Below, piece by piece: positions 40,760-49,985 of a DNA stretch of 64,000 bases (the first letter of the stretch is position 1; each line of letters starts with the position of its first letter). The translations under genes and the position numbers were made by a program. Origin of the DNA: a virus; IMG/VR virus record IMGVR_UViG_3300028654_000014, positions 18,222 through 82,221 of that record. One strand, 5' to 3'. The notes under the pieces were generated by a model. It was not told the origin of the DNA and did no database searches. It saw nothing but the letters and a program-made list of their open reading frames with translations.

Positions 40760-41107
40760 TTATTCAAATTTTGTAGGTTTAAGCATTTTCTTAGTTTTAC
40801 CAAATCTAGGACTTTTTGGTAGACCTGGTAAAGCTGGAACAGCAGCTGGTTGAGAAGCTGGCATTTTTGGAACAGGAGGAGCAGTTGGTAATTTTGAAGC
40901 TCCTAAACTTTGTAAAGCACCGATTTTAGGTCCCATTGGAGCAATAGGAGCTACTTTTGGAACCATTGGAGCCATTTTAGGAGCACCCATTCCACTTGAA
41001 GCCATAGGAGGCATAGGAGCAGCAGGAATTGCTTTTGGAGCAGGATTTAAACTTGCCTTTTGTTTATCTTGTTCAAATAGAAATTTTCTTAATTTAGCTT
41101 TATCCAT
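40760..41107 (-). CDS. Pro/Ala/Met-rich disordered protein with RFGKTKKML tag
   Basis: ORF track; low complexity. Confidence 0.55.
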   Translation of the reverse strand: MDKAKLRKFLFEQDKQKASLNPAPKAIPAAPMPPMASSGMGAPKMAPMVPKVAPIAPMGPKIGALQSLGASKLPTAPPVPKMPASQPAAVPALPGLPKSPRFGKTKKMLKPTKFE

Positions 41108-41110
41108 GAT

Positions 41111-41770
41111 TTATCTCATATGTTTCTTTAATTGTTTTTTTATTTCATCAGGAGATAATTTATCTTTACCACCAGGTTGACTATAATTATTTGGTTCATC
41201 AGGAGCAGCACCACCGCCTCCTCCACCAGAACCTTTACCACTACCACCAGCACCTAAAGCACCAGGACCATCACCACTTGCAACATTACCAGCATCAGTT
41301 CTTCCACCAACATTACTAATATTTAAAGTTATTGGACCTGCGGGTTTACTATCTTTACCTTTTCCTTTTTTTGCACCAGCACCACTACTTGTTTCAGTGC
41401 TACTGCTACCAGAAATTGTTACAGTTACTGTACCAGCACCACCAGTAGATGCTCCACCTGTTGCGGCACCACCAGTTCCTGCTCCACCAATTCCACTACC
41501 AACACCACCCGTTGAAGCTCCACCAGGACTAGATCCACCAGTTTCTGTATTAGTATGAGTTGGAGAATTTCCACTATCTGAACCTGCTGAATTTGCTGCT
41601 GGAGGTTTGGCACTAGCAATTTTAGGTTTTGCAGCTATTGGTGCTGCGGCTGTTGCTTCTGGAGTTTTTGCTGGTGCTATTTCTGGTTCTATTGATGGAT
41701 CTTTTGTTGGATCTTTTACTTCTTCACCATCAAACATTTTTTTCATTCTTTTAAATCTATTATGATTCAT
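41111..41770 (-). CDS. Gly-rich disordered protein with RFKRMKKMF tag
   Basis: ORF track; low complexity. Confidence 0.55.
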   Translation of the reverse strand: MNHNRFKRMKKMFDGEEVKDPTKDPSIEPEIAPAKTPEATAAAPIAAKPKIASAKPPAANSAGSDSGNSPTHTNTETGGSSPGGASTGGVGSGIGGAGTGGAATGGASTGGAGTVTVTISGSSSTETSSGAGAKKGKGKDSKPAGPITLNISNVGGRTDAGNVASGDGPGALGAGGSGKGSGGGGGGAAPDEPNNYSQPGGKDKLSPDEIKKQLKKHMR

Positions 41771-41928
41771 TATTTCTTCTCCAACATCTTTTTTGTTTTT
41801 TTAAATCTTGGTAATTTCATTCCTTTTGAAGCTTGATCAAATTCTTTTACAGTAGAAGGTTTAATACCTTCTTTTTTCGCGGTATCAGTATGAAAAAATC
41901 TACGTTGAGCATCTGAAACATACGGCAT
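41770..41928 (-). CDS. 52-aa basic protein with RFKKTKKML tag
   Basis: Manual translation MPYVSDAQRRFFHTDTAKKEGIKPSTVKEFDQASKGMKLPRFKKTKKMLEKK*; AAGGA RBS. Confidence 0.7.
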   Translation of the reverse strand: MPYVSDAQRRFFHTDTAKKEGIKPSTVKEFDQASKGMKLPRFKKTKKMLEKK

Positions 41929-41942
41929 TTATATTATTCCTT

Positions 41943-43481
41943 TTAAAATGCAAAATTAAAAACAGGATATTCAAAATAAAAGCTAACAGGTTCACTAGAT
42001 TGAGCAAAACCATTAGCCGCAACTTTTGTCATTGCTCCACTATTAGTTACTTGTGTAAAATAAATATTAGCATTATCAAAACCATCATAAAATACTCTAG
42101 CTTCACGACCTGAAGTATTAATTACTAATGATGCAGAAGAAATACCAATTGCATTACCTATTTGTGTTCCGCATGTATTTGTTGACATTTTAGTTCGATC
42201 TAATTCATATCCGTTTGGTATGGCAATAGAAGCGATACCACCACCTGTTGTTCCTGCAACAAAAGTACCTCTAACTTGCATTGAATCACCAACTCTTCTA
42301 GAAAATATTTCAGAACTTGTAATTGTTCCAAAACCAATACTAGGAGTAAATGTTAAACTACTTGACCAATTTGATCCAGGCATTCCACCAGCTGAACCAA
42401 TTACTCTCCAACGATTAGTAACAGTATCATATAACAATTGAACTGAAGAATTATTAGGAACTGATAAATTATTTCCAGTTCCTGTTAAAATTCTATTAGC
42501 AGCTGTAAGTCCTGTATCTTCATTATTAATATTTATTGTGGCACCAGTAACATTAGTTAATGTAACAGATTGACCTTCTAGACCAATTACTAAACCACCA
42601 ATTGAAGTCAATGAAGCATTTGTTAATCTAGTAAACGCTTGTGTAATGCTACTAATAAAAGCACTAGCACCAGTAGTGCTAGAATTTGTTATCAAATCAT
42701 ATTGAATATTAGAACTTACTCTAAGACGATTTGAAACTGTTACTTGACCAGTTCCATTTGCAGTTAATATTAAATTTCTATTATTTTGAGTTGTAATTGT
42801 TAAATCAGATGAAGTAGAACCAGTGATAGTATCATTTGCTACTGTAATATTTTTAATTAATACATTACCAGTTGCGCCAGAAAAATCAATATTAGTAGCA
42901 CCAAAAATATCATTTAAAGTTCTATTAATAACACTTACTGCTAAAGTTCCACTAGGACCATTATTATCATTTAAAGATTCTGTATAAAGAGTTGCCCATC
43001 TTTTAGAAATATTACCTAAATTTATAGTATTATCAGATGCTGGTAATAATGAAGTATTAATTGCAACAGATGCTAAGTTACTTAAATTAACATTTGCTCC
43101 ACCAGCAACTACAATAGCATTTATTTGAGTTTGAATATTTGAAGTAGCACCAGAAAGATAACTAAGTTCTGTATTAGTAACATTAGATGATTCTAAACTA
43201 CCAGTTGAAGAATTAAATTGAGGAATTCTATTTGCTGTAGAAGATATTGTATTAGAAGATACTGATATAGTACTTGAAGAAATTGTTCCACCACTAATAA
43301 CTTTATTAGTTAAAGTAGATCCACCAGCTTCAGTAACAACAGGAGATGATATTGTACCATTATGAAGATTTAATTTATGATTAGTGGTATCAAAATCTAA
43401 TTCCCCAGCAGTATCAACATTTGATGTTACTTTTGGAATTATTTGAATACCAGTATTGATGCGTCTAAAATTCAGGGCCAT
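41943..43481 (-). CDS. tail fibre/spike protein
   Basis: ELSYLSGATSNIQTQIN shaft, LGNISKRW, RRVGDSMQVRG C-terminal fibre domain. Confidence 0.7.
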   Translation of the reverse strand: MALNFRRINTGIQIIPKVTSNVDTAGELDFDTTNHKLNLHNGTISSPVVTEAGGSTLTNKVISGGTISSSTISVSSNTISSTANRIPQFNSSTGSLESSNVTNTELSYLSGATSNIQTQINAIVVAGGANVNLSNLASVAINTSLLPASDNTINLGNISKRWATLYTESLNDNNGPSGTLAVSVINRTLNDIFGATNIDFSGATGNVLIKNITVANDTITGSTSSDLTITTQNNRNLILTANGTGQVTVSNRLRVSSNIQYDLITNSSTTGASAFISSITQAFTRLTNASLTSIGGLVIGLEGQSVTLTNVTGATININNEDTGLTAANRILTGTGNNLSVPNNSSVQLLYDTVTNRWRVIGSAGGMPGSNWSSSLTFTPSIGFGTITSSEIFSRRVGDSMQVRGTFVAGTTGGGIASIAIPNGYELDRTKMSTNTCGTQIGNAIGISSASLVINTSGREARVFYDGFDNANIYFTQVTNSGAMTKVAANGFAQSSEPVSFYFEYPVFNFAF

Positions 43482-43489
43482 GAAAATCC

Positions 43490-43972
43490 TTAACTATTTG
43501 TAATAGATTTAGCTTGATATGAAATAATACCGTTATGAGCAGTTCCAGCTAATAAAACAGATGAAAATTGAACTTGACCAATATCGGTAATATTAAAACT
43601 AACTTGAGCATCACCAACTAATTCTTGACTTATTTCCCATTTACTATTTGTAGGATTTGTAGCATTATAATTAATAAATATTTGACCTGTTTCAGTTGCA
43701 GTAACAGATGATGTATTTCTATAAACAGAATAGGTGATGATAGCACCTTGGACATTACTACTTGGAAAAGTAAGATTCGGCAAACTAACATTTGTATTAG
43801 CATTGGAAGTCATTACGAAGATTTGAGATGGTACATCATAAGGTCCAGCGAAGGAATTTAATGTATTTTGAATGGCTTGGAATGCTTCGATTATTGCTGG
43901 TGCCCAGTTGGGACTTTCCCCAGATGAGGGAATATTAATCGTAGTTCCACCGATTATTATTGGAATTGACAT
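43490..43972 (-). CDS. virion structural protein
   Basis: Beta-rich; inside the virion operon. Confidence 0.55.
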   Translation of the reverse strand: MSIPIIIGGTTINIPSSGESPNWAPAIIEAFQAIQNTLNSFAGPYDVPSQIFVMTSNANTNVSLPNLTFPSSNVQGAIITYSVYRNTSSVTATETGQIFINYNATNPTNSKWEISQELVGDAQVSFNITDIGQVQFSSVLLAGTAHNGIISYQAKSITNS

Positions 43973-44532
43973 TACTTTTTAACCTCTAAAATACTACAAT
44001 ATTTATTTGACTTTTTAATATTATGAATCTTCCATAAAGGTTGTAAATTCTTGTAATTATTAACTTTTAAGAATTCTTCCCTAATAGTTAAATCAACTTT
44101 ACTTAAAGGGATAATATGATCTAATTCCCACTTACCATAATTATCCCACGACATACCTTCTGTGAATTGTTTTTCTAAATGAATCTTTAATTCATCTATA
44201 GAACATCCCAAATCCTTTACAGCTGATCCTGCCTTTTGATTTTGTTTTAAAGCATGATAAAGCCGACTTCTTAAATTATGAGCTAATCTGAAGTTTGTAT
44301 TAATCTTACGATGTTCTTTAACATATATTTTTCTATAATTTTTGACTTTTTCTTTATTATTTTTTATATATTTTTTAACATATGTATATTTATTATTATT
44401 TTGTTTCTGATATTCAGCTTTTTTTAACTTAAAACATGATTTACAATCATATCTAAAACCATCTTTAGATTGCTTATAACGATAATATTCTTTATAATCT
44501 TTTAAATTATTACATGTTTTACAGATTTTCAT
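43972..44532 (-). CDS. HNH homing endonuclease
   Basis: CKTC..CKSC; LGCSIDELKIHLE, WELDHIIPLS, NLQPLW..NIKK. Confidence 0.85.
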   Translation of the reverse strand: MKICKTCNNLKDYKEYYRYKQSKDGFRYDCKSCFKLKKAEYQKQNNNKYTYVKKYIKNNKEKVKNYRKIYVKEHRKINTNFRLAHNLRSRLYHALKQNQKAGSAVKDLGCSIDELKIHLEKQFTEGMSWDNYGKWELDHIIPLSKVDLTIREEFLKVNNYKNLQPLWKIHNIKKSNKYCSILEVKK

Positions 44533-44619
44533 CCTACTTATAGTTGTTAACTGTATATTTGATAAAAAATAAAGAATTTTTTGTATATTAAGTAGTTGAT
44601 TTTATTAAAGAATTTAGAT

Positions 44620-44651
44620 AAAAAAATAGGGACCTTTTTTAAGGGTCCCTA
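44620..44651 (-). terminator. rho-independent terminator after the major capsid gene
   Basis: TAGGGACC/GGTCCCTA stem followed by a T7 tract on the - strand. Confidence 0.85.
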
Positions 44652-44674
44652 CTTCAAACTATTACCAGTTTAAA

Positions 44675-45922
44675 TTAGTTAGAATTCACTACGTTGATTA
44701 TAATCGTATTTCGTCCTGGAGCCATACAAAAAACAGCCTGGTCAGAATACAATCGTAATTCATAAGCAGCAGCATTCTCTAGATCTCTAAAGAATTCTTC
44801 ACCTTGTCCAGGACGTTTAAAGGTCATGTCAGTTGAACCAACACGGAACCATTCGTCAAGACTTAGTACATAAGAATAGCCTTCTTTTACATAAATAGAA
44901 GGTTCGATCTCGATTTCACCATTTTGAGAGTGAAACAAGATTGAACTTGATCCATTTTCAGCTTTTGAAGAACTATAGCTGGAATCATACTTACGGAGAG
45001 CAGCTTGATCAGAAAGCATATTAGCCCATGCACGAGGATTGCAAAGAGATAATACACGACCGTCCAAACCTTTCTCAACTGCTCTAGCTACTGCTTGATT
45101 CAACTTTGTGAAGCTGAGCGCACCAGATTGAGCATCATATTGATTGCCACGGAAGAGATTATAATTCCCTACATCGATATTAAACAAAATACCTGAACTG
45201 ATTGTCAAGATTTTGTGAATACCAGGGAATTCATTACCGAAAGCACCTTTATGCCAAATAATATCTGTAGCGATAACACTTGGAATAGCAGATGTAAGGG
45301 TAATTGTTCTAAGAGTCATATCAACAGATTGAACTACAGAAGAACCACGACTTGTAGCACCTGTAGAATCTCTGATTTCAATTGGCATACCTTCAGCACC
45401 GGCCCAGATACCTGGTGCCCATTCTGGGGTAGAGATTGTAATAACAGCTCCAGCAACGGAACCTACTACACCATAACCAATTTGACCATAAAGCATTTCG
45501 ATTTCAAGCTTTTTAGCCATTGATCGAAGCATGTTTGCAACAAGAAACTTTGTAGCATCCATGAAAGCTTTTTGTCCACCAAGAGCTGCACGAGAAGCAG
45601 CAGCATAACCGAGTAAAGATCTCAAAACAACGGGATTACCGCGAATTTGAGCATCTTTTACTTGACCAGCTACAGGAGCATTCAAATTGAATGCATCTTC
45701 ATCTGAAGCAGCAAATGTAACACCATGCTCTAATCCGAGGATTACAGGTTGATGATACAAATTACCTGGTTGTTTTTCTTTCGACATAAATTTAATTTTA
45801 TTTAACAGTTTTACTCCATCTGGGATAAGTTCTTTAAGCTTATCAGCATATGTTTCTTTGAAAAAACCGTTAAGTGTACCAACCGAATTATTCGGGGTAC
45901 CAAACGTATTTGCAGTTGCCAT
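44675..45922 (-). CDS. major capsid protein
   Basis: 415 aa, downstream of the scaffold, followed by a terminator; codon usage shifted as for a highly expressed gene; HK97-like C-terminus. Confidence 0.8.
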   Translation of the reverse strand: MATANTFGTPNNSVGTLNGFFKETYADKLKELIPDGVKLLNKIKFMSKEKQPGNLYHQPVILGLEHGVTFAASDEDAFNLNAPVAGQVKDAQIRGNPVVLRSLLGYAAASRAALGGQKAFMDATKFLVANMLRSMAKKLEIEMLYGQIGYGVVGSVAGAVITISTPEWAPGIWAGAEGMPIEIRDSTGATSRGSSVVQSVDMTLRTITLTSAIPSVIATDIIWHKGAFGNEFPGIHKILTISSGILFNIDVGNYNLFRGNQYDAQSGALSFTKLNQAVARAVEKGLDGRVLSLCNPRAWANMLSDQAALRKYDSSYSSSKAENGSSSILFHSQNGEIEIEPSIYVKEGYSYVLSLDEWFRVGSTDMTFKRPGQGEEFFRDLENAAAYELRLYSDQAVFCMAPGRNTIIINVVNSN

Positions 45923-45942
45923 TTTATATTCTCCTTAAATTA

Positions 45943-46410
45943 TTAATTACCATCTACAACAGAGTATTCGACTTCTAAACATAAATCGGAACTTGTTGAA
46001 GCAAAACTTGGAACACCACTAACACTTAGCATCATATTGCCTGATATTGAAACGCCTGTACTAGAAACAGAACCTGTATCGATATGACCAGAGTAACTTG
46101 TTCCTAATATACGACTTTTCACTACACATTGCATTACTTTTGCAACTTTTTCACCAACAACAACCAAGATATTTAGTTGACCACTAGAATCACTTGGAGA
46201 TTGATTAGCGAATGCCGCAGCAGCTATTGAGTCAGCAGCTGTAATTTGATTAACACCTTGGCTTTGTAAGAACAAAACACTCGGCTCATCATTAGAAAGA
46301 AGTACGCTTGCAGGTGTTGCACTAGCCGTTACAGAAAACGGAATAGTCAACTTTTGGACCTTTAACTGTCGGTCCATTGCGAGCGAACTTTTCGCATAAA
46401 AATCTGACAT
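45943..46410 (-). CDS. capsid decoration-like protein, paralog 1
   Basis: DRQLKVQKL N-terminal motif shared with the next two genes. Confidence 0.55.
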   Translation of the reverse strand: MSDFYAKSSLAMDRQLKVQKLTIPFSVTASATPASVLLSNDEPSVLFLQSQGVNQITAADSIAAAAFANQSPSDSSGQLNILVVVGEKVAKVMQCVVKSRILGTSYSGHIDTGSVSSTGVSISGNMMLSVSGVPSFASTSSDLCLEVEYSVVDGN

Positions 46411-46615
46411 TCTTTTCTTCCTTCTATAAAAATTATTGTTTATAACATTTTTTTACTATAAACGCTAATTTCAGATCACCGATATTCTTACTCTGCTATA
46501 AACAGGTTATAAGAAGTCTAAGACAGAACTACGTTTAAATTTCTTAGATATAGTTGTTAAATATATCTATTTCTAAGCTTTTTATTGTATAAGTTATTGA
46601 AATTATTATATATTT

Positions 46616-46960
46616 TTATAAATGTTCAATAACACTATATTTTACTATTAAAAGATCATTAGCAGCTAAAGATGCTAAACCTGTGATCTTAATTGCACCT
46701 AAATTACTAGGAGCAGCGTTTGTAAGTGAAGAAGAATCAACGATTGACAAGCTAGATTGAGCAAATTCAGTCCAAGTATTTGAACCGTCTACTTTTACTC
46801 TAGCAAGAAAGATCTTTTCTAGTGGCTCACGAATAAATACAAACATATTTCCACCGGAAATACTGTATAAACCTTGATCGGCACCACTCATTGACAATTC
46901 TTGAACTCTTAACGATTGTTGCATCGTTTGTTCATTTTTAGGATTAAATCCTACTGACAT
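46616..46960 (-). CDS. capsid decoration-like protein, paralog 2 (minimal form)
   Basis: MSVGFNPKNE..LRVQEL; colinear with 46986-48263 minus its inserts. Confidence 0.6.
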   Translation of the reverse strand: MSVGFNPKNEQTMQQSLRVQELSMSGADQGLYSISGGNMFVFIREPLEKIFLARVKVDGSNTWTEFAQSSLSIVDSSSLTNAAPSNLGAIKITGLASLAANDLLIVKYSVIEHL

Positions 46961-46985
46961 CTTATTTCTCCTTTAAAAGAATTTA

Positions 46986-48263
46986 TTAAACGTTACGATT
47001 TGCTGGATCTGTTGGTTCACTAACTATATATTTTACAACAGCTAGATCATTTGCATTAAAAGCTGAACCTGGAAGTCCCAACAATCTAATTGCACCTGCG
47101 TCACTAACAGGATATTTCCTATCAACATAACCTTGATTTCCAGATACTGTAACATTTACAGGAATAGAAAAAGTAGTTGGACTTAAAACAATAACTTGTT
47201 GATAGCTATTAATACTTGGTGTTGAATTAGAATTAGTTATATAAACTATTTGACCAGTAATCATATTATGAGGATATGAAGTTGTAATTACGGAAGGATT
47301 AGCAGCACTAATACTTGAAATTTGTAGTAATTGATCATCAACAATAACAATTTCAGCTTGATTGAAATCGTACATTGTATTTGATGCGTCAACTTTACAA
47401 AAAGCATTAGAAACCTTTTTAACTGGTTCACGAACATAGATTGTAAGATCAGTTGATGGTGAAGAAGTACTACCACTAATAGCAATAATTGTACTTATGT
47501 TACTAACAGTAATAGCAGCATTTAATGCTATTAAACTACCATTAATTGTTGCACTTTGAGTTACAGTGATACTAGTATTTGCAATAATGTTACCATTAAA
47601 TACAGCTCCAGTACTTGCTACAGATTGATTGATCGTAGCTGAACTTCCAACAACGAAATATACGTTTTTAGCTAAAGCACCACCAGTTAAAGCAATAACA
47701 GGAAGATCAGTACTACCTGAAGCTCCAGTTAAAAGAGTAGAAGCTGTATAAATAACAAATCTTCCAGGACCATTAAGAGTAAGTGTGCTATGTCCACTTG
47801 TTAGTGAAATACCAGCACTACCAGATGCAAATTGAAAAGCAACAGTTGCACCAGCAACAGGTGAATTTAAAGTTTGTCCACCAAGTTCAGATGGAATTGT
47901 AGTTCCAGCTAAACCTAAAGTTTGTAATGCGGTAAATGCAGAAGAAGCAGCATTTTGAGCAGCAAGAGCAGCTGCATTACCAAGATCAGTAGAACCTGAA
48001 ACAGTAAATGATCCAGTAACGGTACTACCAGGAGATTCTCCTAAATTACCAGTTACAACTGAAGTTCCAACACTATTTGTTATTGCAACTGCTGCTAAAA
48101 TACCATATCCACCAGCAACACCCATATAAGGATCACTAGTTATGATAGGAGCACCAGGAGCCGTTGAATAAAGACCATAATCTAACCCACTTACAGCTAA
48201 TTCCTGAACTTTTAATTCTCTATCTAATATTAATTCATTTTTAGGATTGAAACCTACAGACAT
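46986..48263 (-). CDS. decoration-like protein carrying a DUF3494 ice-binding-like domain
   Basis: YGILAAVAITN..TSVVTGNLG, AALAAQ, ELGGQTL, LTGGALAKNVYFVVGSSATI, FNGNIIANTSIT..TINGSLIA. Confidence 0.75.
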   Translation of the reverse strand: MSVGFNPKNELILDRELKVQELAVSGLDYGLYSTAPGAPIITSDPYMGVAGGYGILAAVAITNSVGTSVVTGNLGESPGSTVTGSFTVSGSTDLGNAAALAAQNAASSAFTALQTLGLAGTTIPSELGGQTLNSPVAGATVAFQFASGSAGISLTSGHSTLTLNGPGRFVIYTASTLLTGASGSTDLPVIALTGGALAKNVYFVVGSSATINQSVASTGAVFNGNIIANTSITVTQSATINGSLIALNAAITVSNISTIIAISGSTSSPSTDLTIYVREPVKKVSNAFCKVDASNTMYDFNQAEIVIVDDQLLQISSISAANPSVITTSYPHNMITGQIVYITNSNSTPSINSYQQVIVLSPTTFSIPVNVTVSGNQGYVDRKYPVSDAGAIRLLGLPGSAFNANDLAVVKYIVSEPTDPANRNV

Positions 48264-48465
48264 TTTAATCTCCTTAAAAATTATGTTTATTTAACTTTAT
48301 TACTTGAAAAATGTCCCTACTCTGTATATCAGGTAATAAGGAGTAATTAAGTAGTACTTTAATTTCCTATAATATAGTTGTTAACTAGAAATTTTTAAAA
48401 TAACTTATACTTTATTCTTCAGAAAATACTAATAAAATCAATAACTTAAGTAATAACACGATTTC

Positions 48466-49467
48466 TTATACGCCTTTGAAGAAATCTTTAAAGCTAATTT
48501 TCTTTTCCTCTTTTTTAGGCTCAGAAACTTTACCAGTATTAGGTACTTTAGAACCTGATTTTAGAGCAGGATTATTACCAGCCTGTTTTACTTTTGCTAC
48601 TGACTTCTTTCTTAAACGATTAAGAACATCTTTTCCAATAAAATCTTCAAGATCATCTTCTGACATTGAAGCTAGGATTTCAGAATAATCATTTTTAAGA
48701 TCTTCGCGAATTAAAGGGATAATATCTTCAGGAGTAACATCTTTTCCAGCTTCAAGACCAATTAACATATAATCAGCCATTCTTTTGATAATTGCTGGAT
48801 TTTTAGGAACATTATGTTTTTCTAATGCTTGAGACATTAACATATCATAACGCTCATATTCTTGTTCTTTAAGACGTTCCAATTCCTTTTGATTACCTTC
48901 ATTCTTTTCTCTTTCACGTTGTTCTTTTAATTCACTAAGTTCTAATTGAAGTTTTTCTTTTTCAAGTTGTTCTGGAGATTTTTTAGAATTTGCAATCTCT
49001 TCTTCCATAATTTCAACAGCAAATTTCTTTAAATCCATTCCAATAGCAGGATCAGAAAGAGCTTTTCTTGGATTCTTTCTTAAATCTTCAATAAATTGTA
49101 GAACTTCTTTTTCAATAGAAGCTTTTTCTTGGGCACGTTTTTGACCCATTCTTCCCATTTGTAATTCTCTACGCATATATTCAATTGCTTTAGGATCGTT
49201 AGGAATTTCAAAAGGAAGTTCTTCTTCATATTCTTGACCATCAATTTTTAAAGTTAATTTCTTTAAAAACTTTTCAGCTGCTTTTTTCTCTGTTTTTGAA
49301 GCATTTGGATTCTTTAAAACAGATTTAGCTTCAGCAGCAATAGCTTGAGTTGGAGGATTTGATTGTTGATTACCATCCTGGGAATTTCCAGCTACAGCAT
49401 TTTCAACTTGATCTCCTAAACCTGATATTGAGTCTTGTACGGATGTACTTTGTGATTCGTCTGACAT
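48466..49467 (-). CDS. scaffolding protein
   Basis: LKIDGQEYE motif, charged coiled coil; between portal/fibre genes and the capsid gene. Confidence 0.7.
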   Translation of the reverse strand: MSDESQSTSVQDSISGLGDQVENAVAGNSQDGNQQSNPPTQAIAAEAKSVLKNPNASKTEKKAAEKFLKKLTLKIDGQEYEEELPFEIPNDPKAIEYMRRELQMGRMGQKRAQEKASIEKEVLQFIEDLRKNPRKALSDPAIGMDLKKFAVEIMEEEIANSKKSPEQLEKEKLQLELSELKEQREREKNEGNQKELERLKEQEYERYDMLMSQALEKHNVPKNPAIIKRMADYMLIGLEAGKDVTPEDIIPLIREDLKNDYSEILASMSEDDLEDFIGKDVLNRLRKKSVAKVKQAGNNPALKSGSKVPNTGKVSEPKKEEKKISFKDFFKGV

Positions 49468-49605
49468 ATTTTCTCCTTTTCAGTCTAACTTTAGCTAGAT
49501 ATGAAAATAGTTAATCGTCCCGTAATTGGGATAGATTCTTAATTAGAGTTGTTAATTTAACATTTTAATAAAAGTAAAGTGATTAGTAATTTGAATTTTA
49601 GTATT

Positions 49606-49821
49606 TTAAACAGCAATTCCACGCTTACCTTTAAGATTTAAATATGATTTATCTTTTAAAGCAGCCATTGGATCTTTTGAAGCATCTAATTCTGCTGTTG
49701 CTTTTCCTTTTGGAGCTAACATAGATTTAGTTTTTTTAAATCTATCCTTTTTCTTTTTTCCATCAGAATAAGATTCTTTTAAATCTGGTTGTAATGATTG
49801 AAATGTATTTGCTATAGCCAT
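49606..49821 (-). CDS. small basic protein with a capsid-like N-terminus
   Basis: MAIANTF..KESYSD; RFKKTKSML. Confidence 0.55.
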   Translation of the reverse strand: MAIANTFQSLQPDLKESYSDGKKKKDRFKKTKSMLAPKGKATAELDASKDPMAALKDKSYLNLKGKRGIAV

Positions 49822-49985
49822 ATTATTCACTTATATCAATTTGAAGATCAGATTGACCATCATCTTGACAAGATATCATTTGTTTATATAAATTTTGATC
49901 ATCAACAGTAATTTCATCTTTATCTATTGTTGCTAAATTCTTTCCACATACATTGCATTTAATTTTCATTTCCATTATATTCTCC

